Of a DNA stretch of 64,000 nt, positions 37,684 to 46,788 are shown piece after piece. The stretch is from Gemmatimonadaceae bacterium. Lineage in GTDB: Bacteria; Gemmatimonadota; Gemmatimonadetes; Gemmatimonadales; Gemmatimonadaceae. The first letter of the stretch is position 1. Each line of letters starts with the position of its first letter. A program made the translations under genes and the position numbers. The stretch spans positions 640,001 through 704,000 of the forward strand of contig JBHYGA010000004.1 in assembly GCA_051859245.1 (NCBI GenBank). The letters are read 5' to 3'. Under the pieces are notes generated by a model. It made no database searches, was not told the DNA's origin, and saw only the letters and a program-made list of their open reading frames with translations.

Positions 37684-39902
37684 CGCCGAACCCCCACCGT
37701 GGTTGGAACGGTCTTGATGTCCATGCCGAGACGTTGCATGTACGCGACCATCGCCACGATCTGTTTATCGGCGAGGTCCGACGGACCGCCCTGACGTTCA
37801 ATCTCCGCCGCGATTTCTGAAGCCTGCGCGCGTGCCATGTCAGGCGCGCGATTCACCGCGTCGCCGTACGGTACGCCGAGCATGGCCATCGCATCAACAC
37901 GCGACTGGATTTGTTCGAAGTCGATCGTTTTGGTGAGGAAATGCGGATACGCCGGCATGATCGAACGCGCCGTGATGCTGGTGGGCTCGTTGAAATGCCG
38001 CACGTGCCACAAATGCGGATACTTGCCGCCAACGCGCGCCAGATCCGGCCCGATGCGACGCGATCCCCACAGGAACGGATGCTCGTACACAGATTCGCCG
38101 GGCTTCGAGTATTCACCAAAGCGTTCTGTTTCGTGGCGGAACGGACGCACCATCTGCGAGTGGCAGTTGAAGCAGCCTTCCGCGATGTACATGTCACGTC
38201 CGGCCAACTCCAGCGGCGTGTAGGGCTTCACGCTGGCAATCGTAGGCACGTTGGACTTGATCAGGAACGTGGGAATGATCTCGAACAGCGATGCCACCAC
38301 AACAGCCACCACCGTGAGCACGGTGAACGTGATGGGCATACGCTCCCACGTGCGATGCCACCCCGCCGCTGCAAAGCGCGCCCACAATCCAGCAGGCCGC
38401 GGCGACGTGACGGCTTCTGGTACATACCGCTTCTCAAGCGCCGGTGCCGTAATCACGGGCACCACGTAGGTCGCGGGGCGACGACGCCACGTCATCAGAA
38501 TGTTCCAACCGAACAGCAGCATGCCGATGATGTACATCGAACCACCAGCCACACGCAGCCAGTACATCGGCAGCAGGCGCACCACCGTTTCTACGAAATC
38601 GGGATACGCGAGGCGGCCCGTGGCATCGAACGCGCGCCACATCAGGCCCTGCGTGACACCGGCACTGTAAATGGCTACGACATAGAGCAGAATGCCGAAC
38701 GACGCAATCCAGAAGTGCAGCTCCATCAGGCGCTTGCTGTACACCGGTGTCTGAAACAGGCGCGGCAGCAACCAGTACACCATGCCGAACGTGAGGAATC
38801 CGTTCCAGCCGAGTGCGCCGGTGTGCACGTGCGCAATGATCCAGTCGGTGTAATGCGCGAGTGAGTTCACACTCTTGATCGACAGCAGCGGTCCTTCAAA
38901 GGTGGACATGCCGTAAGCCGTGATCGCGAGCACGAAGAACTTGAGGATCGGATCATCCGCCACTTTGTGCCAGGCGCCGCGCAGCGTGAGCAGACCATTG
39001 ATCATGCCGCCCCAGCTTGGCGCCCACAGCATCACCGAGAACAACATGCCCACAGTTGACGCCCATTCGGGCAGTGCCGTGTAGTGCAGATGATGCGGAC
39101 CGGCCCAGATGTACAGGAACACCAGTGACCAGAAGTGCAGAATGGACAGCTTGTACGAGAACACCGGCCCGTCAGCCGCTTTGGGCATGAAGTAGTACAT
39201 CAGGCCTAGGAACGGCGTCGTGAGGAAGAACGCGACGGCGTTGTGTCCGTACCACCACTGCATGAAGGCGTCCTGCACACCAGCGTAAATGCTGTAGCTC
39301 TTGAACAACCCCGCCGGCATGGAGAGGTTGTTGAAAATGTGCAGAATCGCCACGGTCACGATGCTGGCGATGTAGAACCAGAGCGCGACGTAGAGATGGC
39401 GCTCGCGTCGCCGCAACATCGTCCCAACAAAGTTGATCGCGAAGCCCACCCACACCACGGCGATCGCAATATCAATCGGCCACTCGAGCTCGGCGTATTC
39501 CTTGGCCTGTGTGAAGCCGAGCGGCAACGTGACCGCGGCCGCCACGATAATGGCTTGCCAGCCCCAGAAATGAAAACGGCTCAAAAAATCCGAAAACATC
39601 CGGGCTTTGAGCAGTCGTTGGGTTGAGTAGTACGCGCCACAGAAGAACGCGTTGCCAGCGAACGCAAAAATCACGGCATTCGTATGCAGCGGTCGCAATC
39701 GACCGAACGAAAGCCATTCGAGTGATGTGTTAAATATTGGGTTCGCGAGCTGCAGGGCGATGATCAACCCCACCAGCATTCCCACAAGGCCCCAGATAAA
39801 GGTGGCCCAGAGGAACTTGCGAACAATATCGTCATCGTAACTGAACGACTCGAGTCGCGCGCCCGCGACCGCTCCCGTCAGCGGGAGAACTGTTGCACTC
39901 AT
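37680..39902 (-). CDS. ccoN: Fused cbb3-type oxidase subunits I/II (CcoNO)
   Basis: GRLRPLHTN, WWYGHNAVAF, GPHHLH, HYTDWIIAHVH, then CcoO motifs EGCFNCHSQMVRP and WGSRRIGPDL; GAGG RBS before ATG 39902. Confidence 0.96.
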   Translation of the reverse strand: MSATVLPLTGAVAGARLESFSYDDDIVRKFLWATFIWGLVGMLVGLIIALQLANPIFNTSLEWLSFGRLRPLHTNAVIFAFAGNAFFCGAYYSTQRLLKARMFSDFLSRFHFWGWQAIIVAAAVTLPLGFTQAKEYAELEWPIDIAIAVVWVGFAINFVGTMLRRRERHLYVALWFYIASIVTVAILHIFNNLSMPAGLFKSYSIYAGVQDAFMQWWYGHNAVAFFLTTPFLGLMYYFMPKAADGPVFSYKLSILHFWSLVFLYIWAGPHHLHYTALPEWASTVGMLFSVMLWAPSWGGMINGLLTLRGAWHKVADDPILKFFVLAITAYGMSTFEGPLLSIKSVNSLAHYTDWIIAHVHTGALGWNGFLTFGMVYWLLPRLFQTPVYSKRLMELHFWIASFGILLYVVAIYSAGVTQGLMWRAFDATGRLAYPDFVETVVRLLPMYWLRVAGGSMYIIGMLLFGWNILMTWRRRPATYVVPVITAPALEKRYVPEAVTSPRPAGLWARFAAAGWHRTWERMPITFTVLTVVAVVVASLFEIIPTFLIKSNVPTIASVKPYTPLELAGRDMYIAEGCFNCHSQMVRPFRHETERFGEYSKPGESVYEHPFLWGSRRIGPDLARVGGKYPHLWHVRHFNEPTSITARSIMPAYPHFLTKTIDFEQIQSRVDAMAMLGVPYGDAVNRAPDMARAQASEIAAEIERQGGPSDLADKQIVAMVAYMQRLGMDIKTVPTTVGVRR

Positions 39903-40057
39903 TAGTAGCCTCAAAGTAGGCCCCGTCCGCCCGCAGGAAGCGGACGGTGGGGGGATACTGGAGAAGCTCGCTCTCAGCGCGTGTTGGCTACAGCAAGAGA
40001 CGCCCTACAGTGCCGTCATATTCACCCGACCATACCGTCAGGCAAACCCCGACGGCT

Positions 40058-41833
40058 CTAGAACACTGGCTCAAGATCGCGCGCGAATGCGTCGATCTCT
40101 GCTGGGATGCGGAACTGACTGACAAGTTCGCGCTGGGAGCGAGCCTGCGCCGTGAGCTCCTGGCTTGCACTCGCCGATTCCTGCGCCGCGGCAGCAGCGG
40201 ATTGCACCGACTCGTTGAGCGAGTGGACCGCACTGCGAATCTGTTCAACGCCAAGTTGCTGATCGTCTGCGGTGGAGGCGAGACGCTCAACAATCGCCGC
40301 CACACTCGCAATCTCTTGCTGCAGCTCATGGAGTCGGGTGCGGACGTCTTCCGAGACACGTGCACTTTCCTGCGCGTGCTGAACGGTGTCTTCAATCAGC
40401 GCAGCAGTTGTTCGCGCGGCATCAGCCGAACGAATCGCCAGCGCACGCACTTCCTCAGCGACGACCGCAAAGCCACGTCCTGCATCACCCGCGCGCGCCG
40501 CTTCGACGGCGGCGTTCAGCGCCAGCAAGTTCGTCTGAAACGCGATTTCATCAATCGTTCGAATGATCTTCGCCGTCGATGTCGCACCGCTTTGCATGGT
40601 GGTCATCGCCTGAATCAGCTGTTGCACGCTGTTCGAGCTCTGCTCGGCGCGCTGCAGCGCGTCGGCGCTGGATGTTCGGGCTTCACGCGCCGCACTGGCT
40701 GATTCACGACTTCCCGACGACAGCGATTCAAGCGACGCGGAGACTTCTTCAAAGGCTGCGGCCTGCTCCGCCGTGCCACGGGCGACAACATCGCTCCCTG
40801 ACGCGATATCGGTTGCGGCTGATTCTACGTGATCGGCCGCTTCTCGCAGTTGATGCATTGTGTGCTGCAACTCACCGAGGGCTTCGTTGAGTGCCGCCCC
40901 CGTGGCGTCATGCTCGCCGCCAAAGCCCGCCTGCACCGTGACGGTGAGATCCTTGTGCTGAAGGCCCTTGATCGACCTGCTAAGCCCGTCGAGGAACCGA
41001 TGCGTAACCGCCGCCGCCGAGGCGTTCTGCGCGCGCAAGCGATCCACCGTCATGCCCGCGTCGTGCAGCGAGCTGCTGATTTCGGCGAAGGCACCGCCCA
41101 GCGAATCGTCTCGATGACTGCGGTTCTCGCGCTGTTCACGAACCGCGAGCGCCATTTCGCGCGCCTGGTCGGTGACCCGCACGACGGCATCACGAACGCG
41201 TCGCATGGCGGCGGCCACACCGTCACCGGCGGGAACCCGCGAAAGATCACCGATGGCCAGCGCTTCCGCGCACTCGAACACGGCCTGCGTGCGCTCGGCT
41301 TCATCCGCGAGCTGTCGGGCGAGAAACACGAGCACGGCAACTTCGAACACCACGAAGGCCGCATGCACCAGCACCCATGTCAATCCGCCGTCGTGATTGA
41401 GCACAAACACCGGCGCGCCGCTGTGCTGCAGCAAATGAAACGCGACGTGATGCACCGCAATGAGCGCCGCCGCCGTGACGGGCACCTTCCAGTCTCTGTA
41501 CGCGAGCACAAAGGCGAGGGACGCAAAAATGTGGAAGTGCAGCTCGATCACGCCGTGCGCTTGATGAATAAACAGCGCGGAGAAGGTCATGAATCCGGCG
41601 CCCATCACATGCCGCGTAATCGCTTCACCGGCGCGGGAGCGCGCGAGCCACCAGGGCACGCCGGCTGCCAGCGCCGAAACGACGATGGCCGTCAGCCAGG
41701 TGCCGTGCCATGCGGCGAGACCGAGCGCCACGGGCACGTGCAGCAGCAGTACGCGCGAGAGCAAGCGATCCGCGCCTCGCCGGCTTTCAGTGAGGAACGA
41801 CGACGGGTGAGCGGTCACGGCGGAACGGAGCAT
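40058..41833 (-). CDS. Methyl-accepting chemotaxis protein with His-rich multi-TM sensor
   Basis: [37 protein letters not shown] hairpin tip; N-terminal TM region with IELHFHIF and VHH. Confidence 0.9.
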   Translation of the reverse strand: MLRSAVTAHPSSFLTESRRGADRLLSRVLLLHVPVALGLAAWHGTWLTAIVVSALAAGVPWWLARSRAGEAITRHVMGAGFMTFSALFIHQAHGVIELHFHIFASLAFVLAYRDWKVPVTAAALIAVHHVAFHLLQHSGAPVFVLNHDGGLTWVLVHAAFVVFEVAVLVFLARQLADEAERTQAVFECAEALAIGDLSRVPAGDGVAAAMRRVRDAVVRVTDQAREMALAVREQRENRSHRDDSLGGAFAEISSSLHDAGMTVDRLRAQNASAAAVTHRFLDGLSRSIKGLQHKDLTVTVQAGFGGEHDATGAALNEALGELQHTMHQLREAADHVESAATDIASGSDVVARGTAEQAAAFEEVSASLESLSSGSRESASAAREARTSSADALQRAEQSSNSVQQLIQAMTTMQSGATSTAKIIRTIDEIAFQTNLLALNAAVEAARAGDAGRGFAVVAEEVRALAIRSADAARTTAALIEDTVQHAQESARVSEDVRTRLHELQQEIASVAAIVERLASTADDQQLGVEQIRSAVHSLNESVQSAAAAAQESASASQELTAQARSQRELVSQFRIPAEIDAFARDLEPVF

Positions 41834-42038
41834 AATTCTGTAGGCAGGGAGAGTTCGCGGTCGCTGACGGCTCTGCGCGGCGAATTGGTCGTTCTGGTGC
41901 CCGGCATCGGGCAGGAGCGCACGCTCCACTGCGTGTAGTCTCGGCGCCTGCGCTCAATTATTGAGGAGCGGTTGAGGTCGGGTGCCCAGTGCGCTCCACC
42001 TTCAATAGATTTGAGCAAAACATCCGATAACCGGAGAC

Positions 42039-42560
42039 GTGATGAGCAAGTCCGCAGAAAATTCCGTCGCCGCCACGTTGGCGCGCGCAACGTCCCGCCG
42101 AGAGTGGCTCACGCAGGCCGGGCTGGCTGTGGCCGGGCTGGTGGCGGCGCCGCACATGGTGCAAGCCATGAGCACGTCGCTCACTCAGGCGCTGCCCACC
42201 ATGACAGTGTTCAAGTCGCCCACCTGCGGCTGTTGCAAGGCCTGGGTCTCGCACGCTGAGAAAGCAGGCTTCAAGTGCACCGTGCGCGACATGGACGACC
42301 TCACGGAGGTGAAGCGCAACTTTGCGATTCCCCGAGCGCTTGAGTCGTGTCACACCGTGCAAGTGGGAACGTATCTGGTCGAGGGACACGTCCCGGCGGA
42401 TCTGGTCATCAAGATGCTGCGTGAGAAGCCGGTGGCGCGCGGCATTGCGGTGCCCGGCATGCCCGTAGGCTCGCCAGGCATGGAAGGCGGCACGCCGGAG
42501 CGGTATCAGGTGCTGCTCTTTGACAAAGCGGGAAACACCACCGTGTACGCGACGCGCTAG
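42039..42560 (+). CDS. DUF411/CopG-like periplasmic metal-binding protein with Tat signal
   Basis: SRREWL Tat motif; PTCGCC, SCHT, EGHVP, VPGMPVGSPGME. Confidence 0.88.
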   Translation: MMSKSAENSVAATLARATSRREWLTQAGLAVAGLVAAPHMVQAMSTSLTQALPTMTVFKSPTCGCCKAWVSHAEKAGFKCTVRDMDDLTEVKRNFAIPRALESCHTVQVGTYLVEGHVPADLVIKMLREKPVARGIAVPGMPVGSPGMEGGTPERYQVLLFDKAGNTTVYATR

Positions 42561-42581
42561 CGAACTCTGTGCATTCGACCG

Positions 42582-43073
42582 ATGGGCACTGAGAGCTTCG
42601 CGCCGCTGCGTGTGGAGCGGGCGACGCTGCGTGATGTGGCGCAGATCAGCGCGCTCAACAATCTCTTTGCGCCCGACGGTCTCACCCTCCCGCGCAATGA
42701 AACCTTCGTCACGGCGCACGTTGACGACTACCGGATTATCCGCGCGGCCGACGGTTCTGTACTCGGCTGCGTAGCGCTCGACGAATACTCGCCAAGCCTG
42801 GTGGAGCTGGTGTCGCTCGCGGTGCTGCCGAAAGCGCAGCATCGGGGACTTGGCAAGCTGTTGATTGACGCCGCTTCAAATCTGGCCGAACGCCGTGGTT
42901 ATCCTGAGCTTTTCGCGGTGTCGCTCGCGGATCAGCTGTTTCTGCACATGGGGTTTGCGCAGTCGGGGCTTGAGCACTATCCCGAGAAGATTGCGCGCTA
43001 CGCCAAGATTTCCCGCTCAGAACTCTCGCTGAGCCGAAAGTTTCTTTTCGCGAAACATTTCAACGTGCAGTGA
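42582..43073 (+). CDS. GNAT acetyltransferase (short ArgA-like)
   Basis: LVSLAVLPKAQHRGLGKLL acetyl-CoA loop; LPR and PEKI motifs. Confidence 0.75.
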   Translation: MGTESFAPLRVERATLRDVAQISALNNLFAPDGLTLPRNETFVTAHVDDYRIIRAADGSVLGCVALDEYSPSLVELVSLAVLPKAQHRGLGKLLIDAASNLAERRGYPELFAVSLADQLFLHMGFAQSGLEHYPEKIARYAKISRSELSLSRKFLFAKHFNVQ

Positions 43074-43103
43074 TACGCACTCACCTTTGACTGGCGCGGT
43101 GTT

Positions 43104-43373
43104 ATGGGTCCGGACGCTGATCTTGTCGTTATCCTGAGTTTTACCACGGCTATGGTGATCGGCTTTCCGATTGCGCGCGCGATTGCTCGGCGCATTGGCG
43201 CGAAGACGGAGCAGATCTCGCAGCAACTGCCGTCCAACCTTGAGGCCAAGCTGCAACGCATCGAGCAGATCACCGAGGCCACGCAGATCGAAGTGGAGCG
43301 CCTGGCTGAGGGTCAGCGATTTACGACCAGGCTGCTATCGGAGCGCTCGCCGAGCGAGGGTCGCGAGCGCTGA
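43104..43373 (+). CDS. Small membrane-anchored coiled-coil protein
   Basis: TM plus LQRIEQITEATQIEVERLAEGQRFTTRLLSER, a pattern I associate with Gemmatimonadota hypothetical proteins. Confidence 0.7.
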   Translation: MGPDADLVVILSFTTAMVIGFPIARAIARRIGAKTEQISQQLPSNLEAKLQRIEQITEATQIEVERLAEGQRFTTRLLSERSPSEGRER

Positions 43374-43422
43374 GGCTACGGATGGCCGCGCGCGTCGCGA
43401 TTCCCCGACGACGACACGCAGC

Positions 43423-44172
43423 TTAGTCCCGCCGACCCTGCAAACGCGACAACAGCCGCAGCAGCTCGAGATACAACCAGATCAGTGTTACCATCAAGCC
43501 GAACGCTGCGAACCACTCCATCTGCTTGGGTGCGCGGGCGCGAACGCCTTCTTCAATGCGATCGAAGTCGAGCACGAGGTTGAGCGCCGCGACACCGGCA
43601 ATCACGAGGTTGATGCCAATCGACAGCGGACTCGACGACGTGAAGTAACCAATCGACACGCCAAAGAGCGACAGCAGCATGGAGCCGAGGTAGAACACGC
43701 CAATGCCGACGGTGGCCGCGATCATCATGCGCTGAAAACCCTGCGTCGCCCGCAGAATGTTCGCGCGATACAGAATGAACACGGTGAGCGCCACGGCGAA
43801 CGTCAGCATCACCGCCTGCTGCGGCAAGCCGGCAAACCGCAGGTTGTACATGGCCGACACCGCGCCCAGGAACACGCCCTGCAGCGAGGCGTAAATCGGA
43901 GCCGTGTACGGCGCCGTTTGCGGTTTGAAGGTGGCGATCATTGCCACGATGAAACCGCCGATGCCGCCAATGAGCATGGCTGGCGTGATCAGTTCAGTGC
44001 GACCGGCGTTGATCTGATTCCAGAACAGCGTCGCCGAAAAGAGCACGATCGCGAGCATGATCGTGGCCTTGGTGGCGGTTCCGGCGATCGTCATTGATTC
44101 CGACTGCGTGGCCGCGACGGTGGTACGTGCGACTTCGGTCAGTCGGGAAAGCATCGGATTACTGGTGCGCAT
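43423..44172 (-). CDS. Bax inhibitor-1/YccA-like membrane protein
   Basis: MRTSNP, LVLDFDRIEEG, FGLMVTLIWLYLELLRLL. Confidence 0.88.
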   Translation of the reverse strand: MRTSNPMLSRLTEVARTTVAATQSESMTIAGTATKATIMLAIVLFSATLFWNQINAGRTELITPAMLIGGIGGFIVAMIATFKPQTAPYTAPIYASLQGVFLGAVSAMYNLRFAGLPQQAVMLTFAVALTVFILYRANILRATQGFQRMMIAATVGIGVFYLGSMLLSLFGVSIGYFTSSSPLSIGINLVIAGVAALNLVLDFDRIEEGVRARAPKQMEWFAAFGLMVTLIWLYLELLRLLSRLQGRRD

Positions 44173-44370
44173 GCATTGCTCGGGCTAGGGACCAACGACA
44201 ACGACAGTACCTGAATCTACTGGTACACCGATGCGCCTCCCAGTGTGGCGCGGCGGACGAACAGGGTGTGGACGGACGAACTTTCGTCCTATACTTCAGG
44301 TATGCTGCTGCTGACGCGGGAGTAGAATACCTGCCGTCCGCGTCTGCGTTTGCCTCCTGCCTACCGTCCT

Positions 44371-46692
44371 ATGCGCCCGTTGTTTGCCGCTGTTGCTTTC
44401 GCTGCCGTCGCCGCTGTGTCCGCCGGCGCGCAGGCCCCCCGCCAACTCTCCGCCGACGATTATGCGCGCGCGGAACGCATGCTGGCCGCCAGTACGACGC
44501 CGCTCGTAGCTGGCACCGCCGGACGGGCCACCTGGCTGCCCGATGGGCGGTTCTGGTATCGTGCGGTGACGAACGATGGGAGCGAGTTCGTGCTGGTCAG
44601 TCCGACGCGTCGGACCCGGGAGCCGGCGTTTGATCACGCGCGGCTGGCCGCAGCGCTGAGCTCCGTGAGCGGAACGGCCGTTGACGCGAAGCGTCTGCCG
44701 TTTCCTACGATTGACCTTGCGGCAGACGCGCGCGCGGTCACCGTGGCCGTGCGCGGGCGGAGCTTCCGGTGCGACCTCTCGGCGTACACGTGTGCCGAAG
44801 CGCCCCGCACAACGCCGGCGCCACCGAACTCTCGTGTCTCACCCGATGGTCGCACGGCGGTGTTCATTCGCGCCCACAATCTGTGGTCGAAGGATCTCAC
44901 GAGCGGCACGGAAACGCAGCTCACGACCGATGGCATCGAGGAGTTCGGTTACGCCACCGACAATGCCGGCTGGACGCACAGCGCGAATCCGATTGTGAGC
45001 TGGTCAGAAGACGGTAAGCGCATTGCCACGTTTCAGCACGACGGACGCGGCGTGACGGATATGCACCTCGTGTCGACGAAAGTCGGGAACCCGGTGCTGC
45101 AGAGCTGGAAGTATCCGTTGCCAGGTGACAGCGTGATCTTTCGCATCTCGCGTGTGATCATCAATCGTGATGCCGCAGGCAAGCCGCAGGTTGTTCGCCT
45201 GCAAATGCCGCCCGATGCGCACCGCTCCACCGTGTCCGACCATATCGCGTGCGGCGGCGCGATCTGCGATTTGCAGTGGTACGCGGACGGATCCAAGGTC
45301 GCCTTCATCTCGAGCTCGCGTGATCACAAGCATGCGTGGTTGCGCATTGCCGACGCCAACACCGGTGTGGTGCGCACCGTGCTCAAGGAAGAGAACGCCA
45401 CGCAGATTGGTGACGCATCACTCGCTGAGAATCTGTGGCGCGTGCTGACCAACTCGAACGAACTCATCTGGTGGTCGCAGCGCGACAACTGGGTGCATTT
45501 GTATCTCTACGATCTCACCACGGGTGTCCTCAAGAACCGTATTACGGTGGGCGATGGCAATGTGACGGAGATTGTGCGCATTGACGAGAAGTCGCGCACG
45601 ATCTGGTTTACGGCGGTCGGCAAAGAAACCGGGCGTGATCCGTACTACACGCACTTCTATCGCATCGGGTTTGACGGCAAGCGCCAAGCGTTGCTCACGC
45701 CGGAAGATGCCAATCACACTATTTCGTTGTCGCCCGATGGACGGTACTTCACCGACACGTATTCGACGCCCACCACGCCACCGGTGACGGTGCTGCGTGA
45801 TGCGAATGGCAAACTGGTGCGCGAACTTGAGCGTGCTGACGTAACGCGTTTGCTCGCCTCTGGTTGGAAGCCACCCACCCCGGTGCGCATGAAGGCGCGT
45901 GACGGGCAGACCGACATCTACGGCTTGATGTTCACGCCGTCACAGCTGGACTCCACGCGCAAGTATCCGATCATCAACTACATCTACCCGGGACCGCAGT
46001 CGGGGAGCGTGGGATCGCGCAGCTTTACCCCCGCGCGCAATGATCATCAGGCGCTGGCTGAACTCGGATTTATTGTGGTCGCGATTGATGGCATGGGCAC
46101 ACCGGGTCGATCCAAGTCGTTCCACGACTTTTACTACGGTCGCATGAACGACAACACGATTCCGGATCAGGTCGCCGGCATGAAGGAGTTGGCGTCACGT
46201 TACCCGTTTATTGATATCGACAAGGCGGGCATGTGGGGGCATTCGGGCGGCGGGTTCGCCACGGCCGCCGCCATGTTCAGCGCGCCGGACTTTTTCAAGG
46301 TCGGCATTTCTGAGTCGGGCAATCACGACAATCGCAACTACGAAGACGATTGGGGCGAGCGGTATCAGGGGTTACTGGTGCGCAACGGCGACAGCGACAA
46401 CTACGCGGCCGAAGCGAACCAGACGCACGTGTCCAAGCTCAAGGGCAAGCTCTTTCTGATTCACGGCATGATGGACGACAACGTCCCGCCGTCGAACACG
46501 CTGCTCGTGGCCGATGCACTGATGAAGGCCGGCAAGGATTTTGATCTGCTGATGCTGCCGAACGCGCGTCACGGATTTGGTGCTGATGGCCCGTACATCA
46601 TGCGCCGTCGCTGGGACTATTTCGTGCAGCATTTGCAGGGTAACATTCCGCCGAAGGAATATCAGATCGGACGCCCGCGCATCGTCCCGTAA
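44371..46692 (+). CDS. Secreted S9B dipeptidyl peptidase IV family protein
   Basis: Signal peptide; beta-propeller; YPGPQ, GHSGGG nucleophile, DDNV, H. Confidence 0.92.
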   Translation: MRPLFAAVAFAAVAAVSAGAQAPRQLSADDYARAERMLAASTTPLVAGTAGRATWLPDGRFWYRAVTNDGSEFVLVSPTRRTREPAFDHARLAAALSSVSGTAVDAKRLPFPTIDLAADARAVTVAVRGRSFRCDLSAYTCAEAPRTTPAPPNSRVSPDGRTAVFIRAHNLWSKDLTSGTETQLTTDGIEEFGYATDNAGWTHSANPIVSWSEDGKRIATFQHDGRGVTDMHLVSTKVGNPVLQSWKYPLPGDSVIFRISRVIINRDAAGKPQVVRLQMPPDAHRSTVSDHIACGGAICDLQWYADGSKVAFISSSRDHKHAWLRIADANTGVVRTVLKEENATQIGDASLAENLWRVLTNSNELIWWSQRDNWVHLYLYDLTTGVLKNRITVGDGNVTEIVRIDEKSRTIWFTAVGKETGRDPYYTHFYRIGFDGKRQALLTPEDANHTISLSPDGRYFTDTYSTPTTPPVTVLRDANGKLVRELERADVTRLLASGWKPPTPVRMKARDGQTDIYGLMFTPSQLDSTRKYPIINYIYPGPQSGSVGSRSFTPARNDHQALAELGFIVVAIDGMGTPGRSKSFHDFYYGRMNDNTIPDQVAGMKELASRYPFIDIDKAGMWGHSGGGFATAAAMFSAPDFFKVGISESGNHDNRNYEDDWGERYQGLLVRNGDSDNYAAEANQTHVSKLKGKLFLIHGMMDDNVPPSNTLLVADALMKAGKDFDLLMLPNARHGFGADGPYIMRRRWDYFVQHLQGNIPPKEYQIGRPRIVP

Positions 46693-46708
46693 AAAAGCAT
46701 CTGCAGTT

Positions 46709-46766
46709 TTCGCGTCTTTTCTTTGGCCCTTCTTCGCGCGAAGAAGGGCAACAGAAAAGACGCGAA
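46709..46766. repeat. 58-bp near-perfect palindrome between convergent genes (possible bidirectional terminator)
   Basis: Arms 46709-46737 and 46738-46766 pair at 27/29 with no spacer. Confidence 0.8.
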
Positions 46767-46788
46767 GAAAAGCAAAAGCGAACGGCGT

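Noticed and set aside
39903..40057. FNR box or c-di-GMP-I riboswitch upstream of ccoNO (GGCAAACC at ~40041)
   Set aside because: No TTGAT-N4-ATCAA. GGCAAACC is on the wrong strand and lacks the GAAA loop and GACGCAAA elements.
40829..41938. Long antisense or alternate-frame ORFs (e.g. 40829-41938, 33753-34820, 14476-15513, 37911-38864, 54746-55699)
   Set aside because: They are shadows of well-supported genes in a GC-rich genome; Arg/Ala-rich with no motifs.
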